Assembly (NCBI GenBank): GCA_046861655.1
Contig: JBHIAI010000023.1
Location: 1 to 18,702 of the forward strand
From: Fidelibacterota bacterium
GTDB lineage: Bacteria; Fidelibacterota; Marinisomatia; Marinisomatales; S15-B10
Length of the DNA stretch: 18,702 nucleotides
Direction of reading: 5' to 3'
The position numbers were made by a program, and so were the translations under genes. Shown in pieces: positions 17,514-18,702 of this stretch (positions within the stretch are counted from its first letter, which is position 1; the number at the start of each line of letters is the position of its first letter). The notes below the pieces were generated by a model, which did no database searches, was not told the DNA's origin, and saw only the letters and a list, made by a program, of their open reading frames with translations.

Positions 17514-18637
17514 ACAACAGCACAAGAGATCCGGTGCAGCGTTTCTACCGTCTCGTTCTGATTCTGCTCGGGGTCGGCTTCCTGGTCATCATCTGGCCCT
17601 ATGTCTCCGGAATAGTTCTCGTCCTCGTTTTCGCCTTCTTGTTTACTACCATCCTTCTCCCCATAGTGGACTGGCTGGAGGGCAAGATGAGAAGTCGCGC
17701 CCTGGCCGTCATGACCACCCTGACTACCCTGCTGGCGGGCATCGTCCTTTTCCTTTTCAGTTTCATCAGCCAGCTCTCCCATGAAGCTCGAGACCTGGCT
17801 CAACAGGTGGATCAACAACAGCTGGTGGAAGGACTCCAGGAACTCCGCCTGGCCGTGGTGGAAGGGTCTCCGGCCTTCATCCAGGGTTTTGTCCGCGAAT
17901 ACGCGGAAGGGGGCGCTTCCGGGGGAATTTCAGCGGAAGAAATCAGCCGCTATGTGAACACAGTCATCCAGAAACTTTCCCAGCTCACAGGCGCCGTAGG
18001 CTCGTTAATCCTTTTCACCTTCATGTTACTTCTTTTCACCATCATCATATTGTACGAGTACCACAATTTCAAACGGTCCCTGGTGGCACTGATTCCCAAC
18101 AGGTTTTTCGAACTGGGAATCCGCCTGATTCGCAACATCGAAAAGCAGGTCAGCAGCTACCTCCACGGACAGCTCCTCGCCGCATCCAGCGTTGCCGTCC
18201 TTTCCATCATAGGCCTTTTCCTGCTCAATGTGCTGGTGGACGCGAACCTCTCCCTGATCGTCTTCATCGGCATCATTGCCGGACTCGCGAATCTGATACC
18301 CCTGGTGGGACCCTTCGTTGGGATGGTTCCCGCCATTCTTGTGGCCGTTATGAACCACCTGGGCACGCACGCCGATCCGGCCCGTCATCTCCTGGTGGTC
18401 ATCGTATCCATCGTGGTCATGTTCCTCATCGTTCAACAGATCGACAACAACTTCGTCACCCCTAAACTGGTGGGCAAGAGTGTGGGCATGCACCCTCTGG
18501 TCGTTATCATCGCTCTGCTCATCGGAGCCAGCTTTATGGGACCGGTGGGCATGCTCGTGGCGGTCCCGGCGGCGGGGATCATCAAGGTTATCTCCAAAGA
18601 AATTGCCTGGGCAGTCAAGAACGCCCATCTTCTGTAG
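17510..18637 (+). CDS. AI-2E (PerM/TqsA) family transporter
   Basis: Multiple TM segments; L.PIVDWLE, YLHGQLL, NLIPLVGP, QQIDNNFVTPKLVGKSVGMHP, GPVGMLVAVP. GTGA overlap with upstream stop. Confidence 0.93.
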   Translation: MNNSTRDPVQRFYRLVLILLGVGFLVIIWPYVSGIVLVLVFAFLFTTILLPIVDWLEGKMRSRALAVMTTLTTLLAGIVLFLFSFISQLSHEARDLAQQVDQQQLVEGLQELRLAVVEGSPAFIQGFVREYAEGGASGGISAEEISRYVNTVIQKLSQLTGAVGSLILFTFMLLLFTIIILYEYHNFKRSLVALIPNRFFELGIRLIRNIEKQVSSYLHGQLLAASSVAVLSIIGLFLLNVLVDANLSLIVFIGIIAGLANLIPLVGPFVGMVPAILVAVMNHLGTHADPARHLLVVIVSIVVMFLIVQQIDNNFVTPKLVGKSVGMHPLVVIIALLIGASFMGPVGMLVAVPAAGIIKVISKEIAWAVKNAHLL

Positions 18638-18702
18638 ACTTTACCCGGAACCGGGACCCGCCTCCGCAGGTCACGGTGACCCTTTCTTTCCATCCCGCCC
18701 GG

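Noticed and set aside
18638..18702. Possible terminator (GGTCA-CGG-TGACC + CTTTCTTT) or 3' end of a convergent gene (TGA at 18673-18671)
   Set aside because: Stem is only 5 bp and the window ends here; cannot choose between the readings.

Overview
GC-rich bacterial chromosomal segment, almost entirely housekeeping. Sequence signatures (short region-1.1-less sigma factor, LTIGH ValRS, '[10 protein letters not shown]' phosphohexomutase) suggest an FCB-group organism; this is inference, not a database result. A long minus-strand run reads envC-like M23 > holB > metG > rsmA > [promoter] sigma70 > rpsU (missed by the ORF track, CTG start) > structured spacer > phosphohexomutase > deoC > RCK K+ channel > stand-alone cNMP-binding protein > valS > DUF4139 > recG > SAM methyltransferase (partial, also missed). 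A divergent plus-strand pair encodes a second stand-alone cNMP-binding protein and an AI-2E family transporter. I see no clear transposase, phage gene, CRISPR array, rRNA or tRNA. The best leads are: (1) a K+ channel with an SD+TTG internal start at the MthK-equivalent position, next to a free cyclic-nucleotide-binding domain; (2) a candidate internal start in metG giving a 111-aa Trbp111-like protein; (3) the odd rpsU initiation region; (4) a densely palindromic rpsU-mutase spacer; (5) a probable leaderless envC transcript. None of these is proven from sequence alone.
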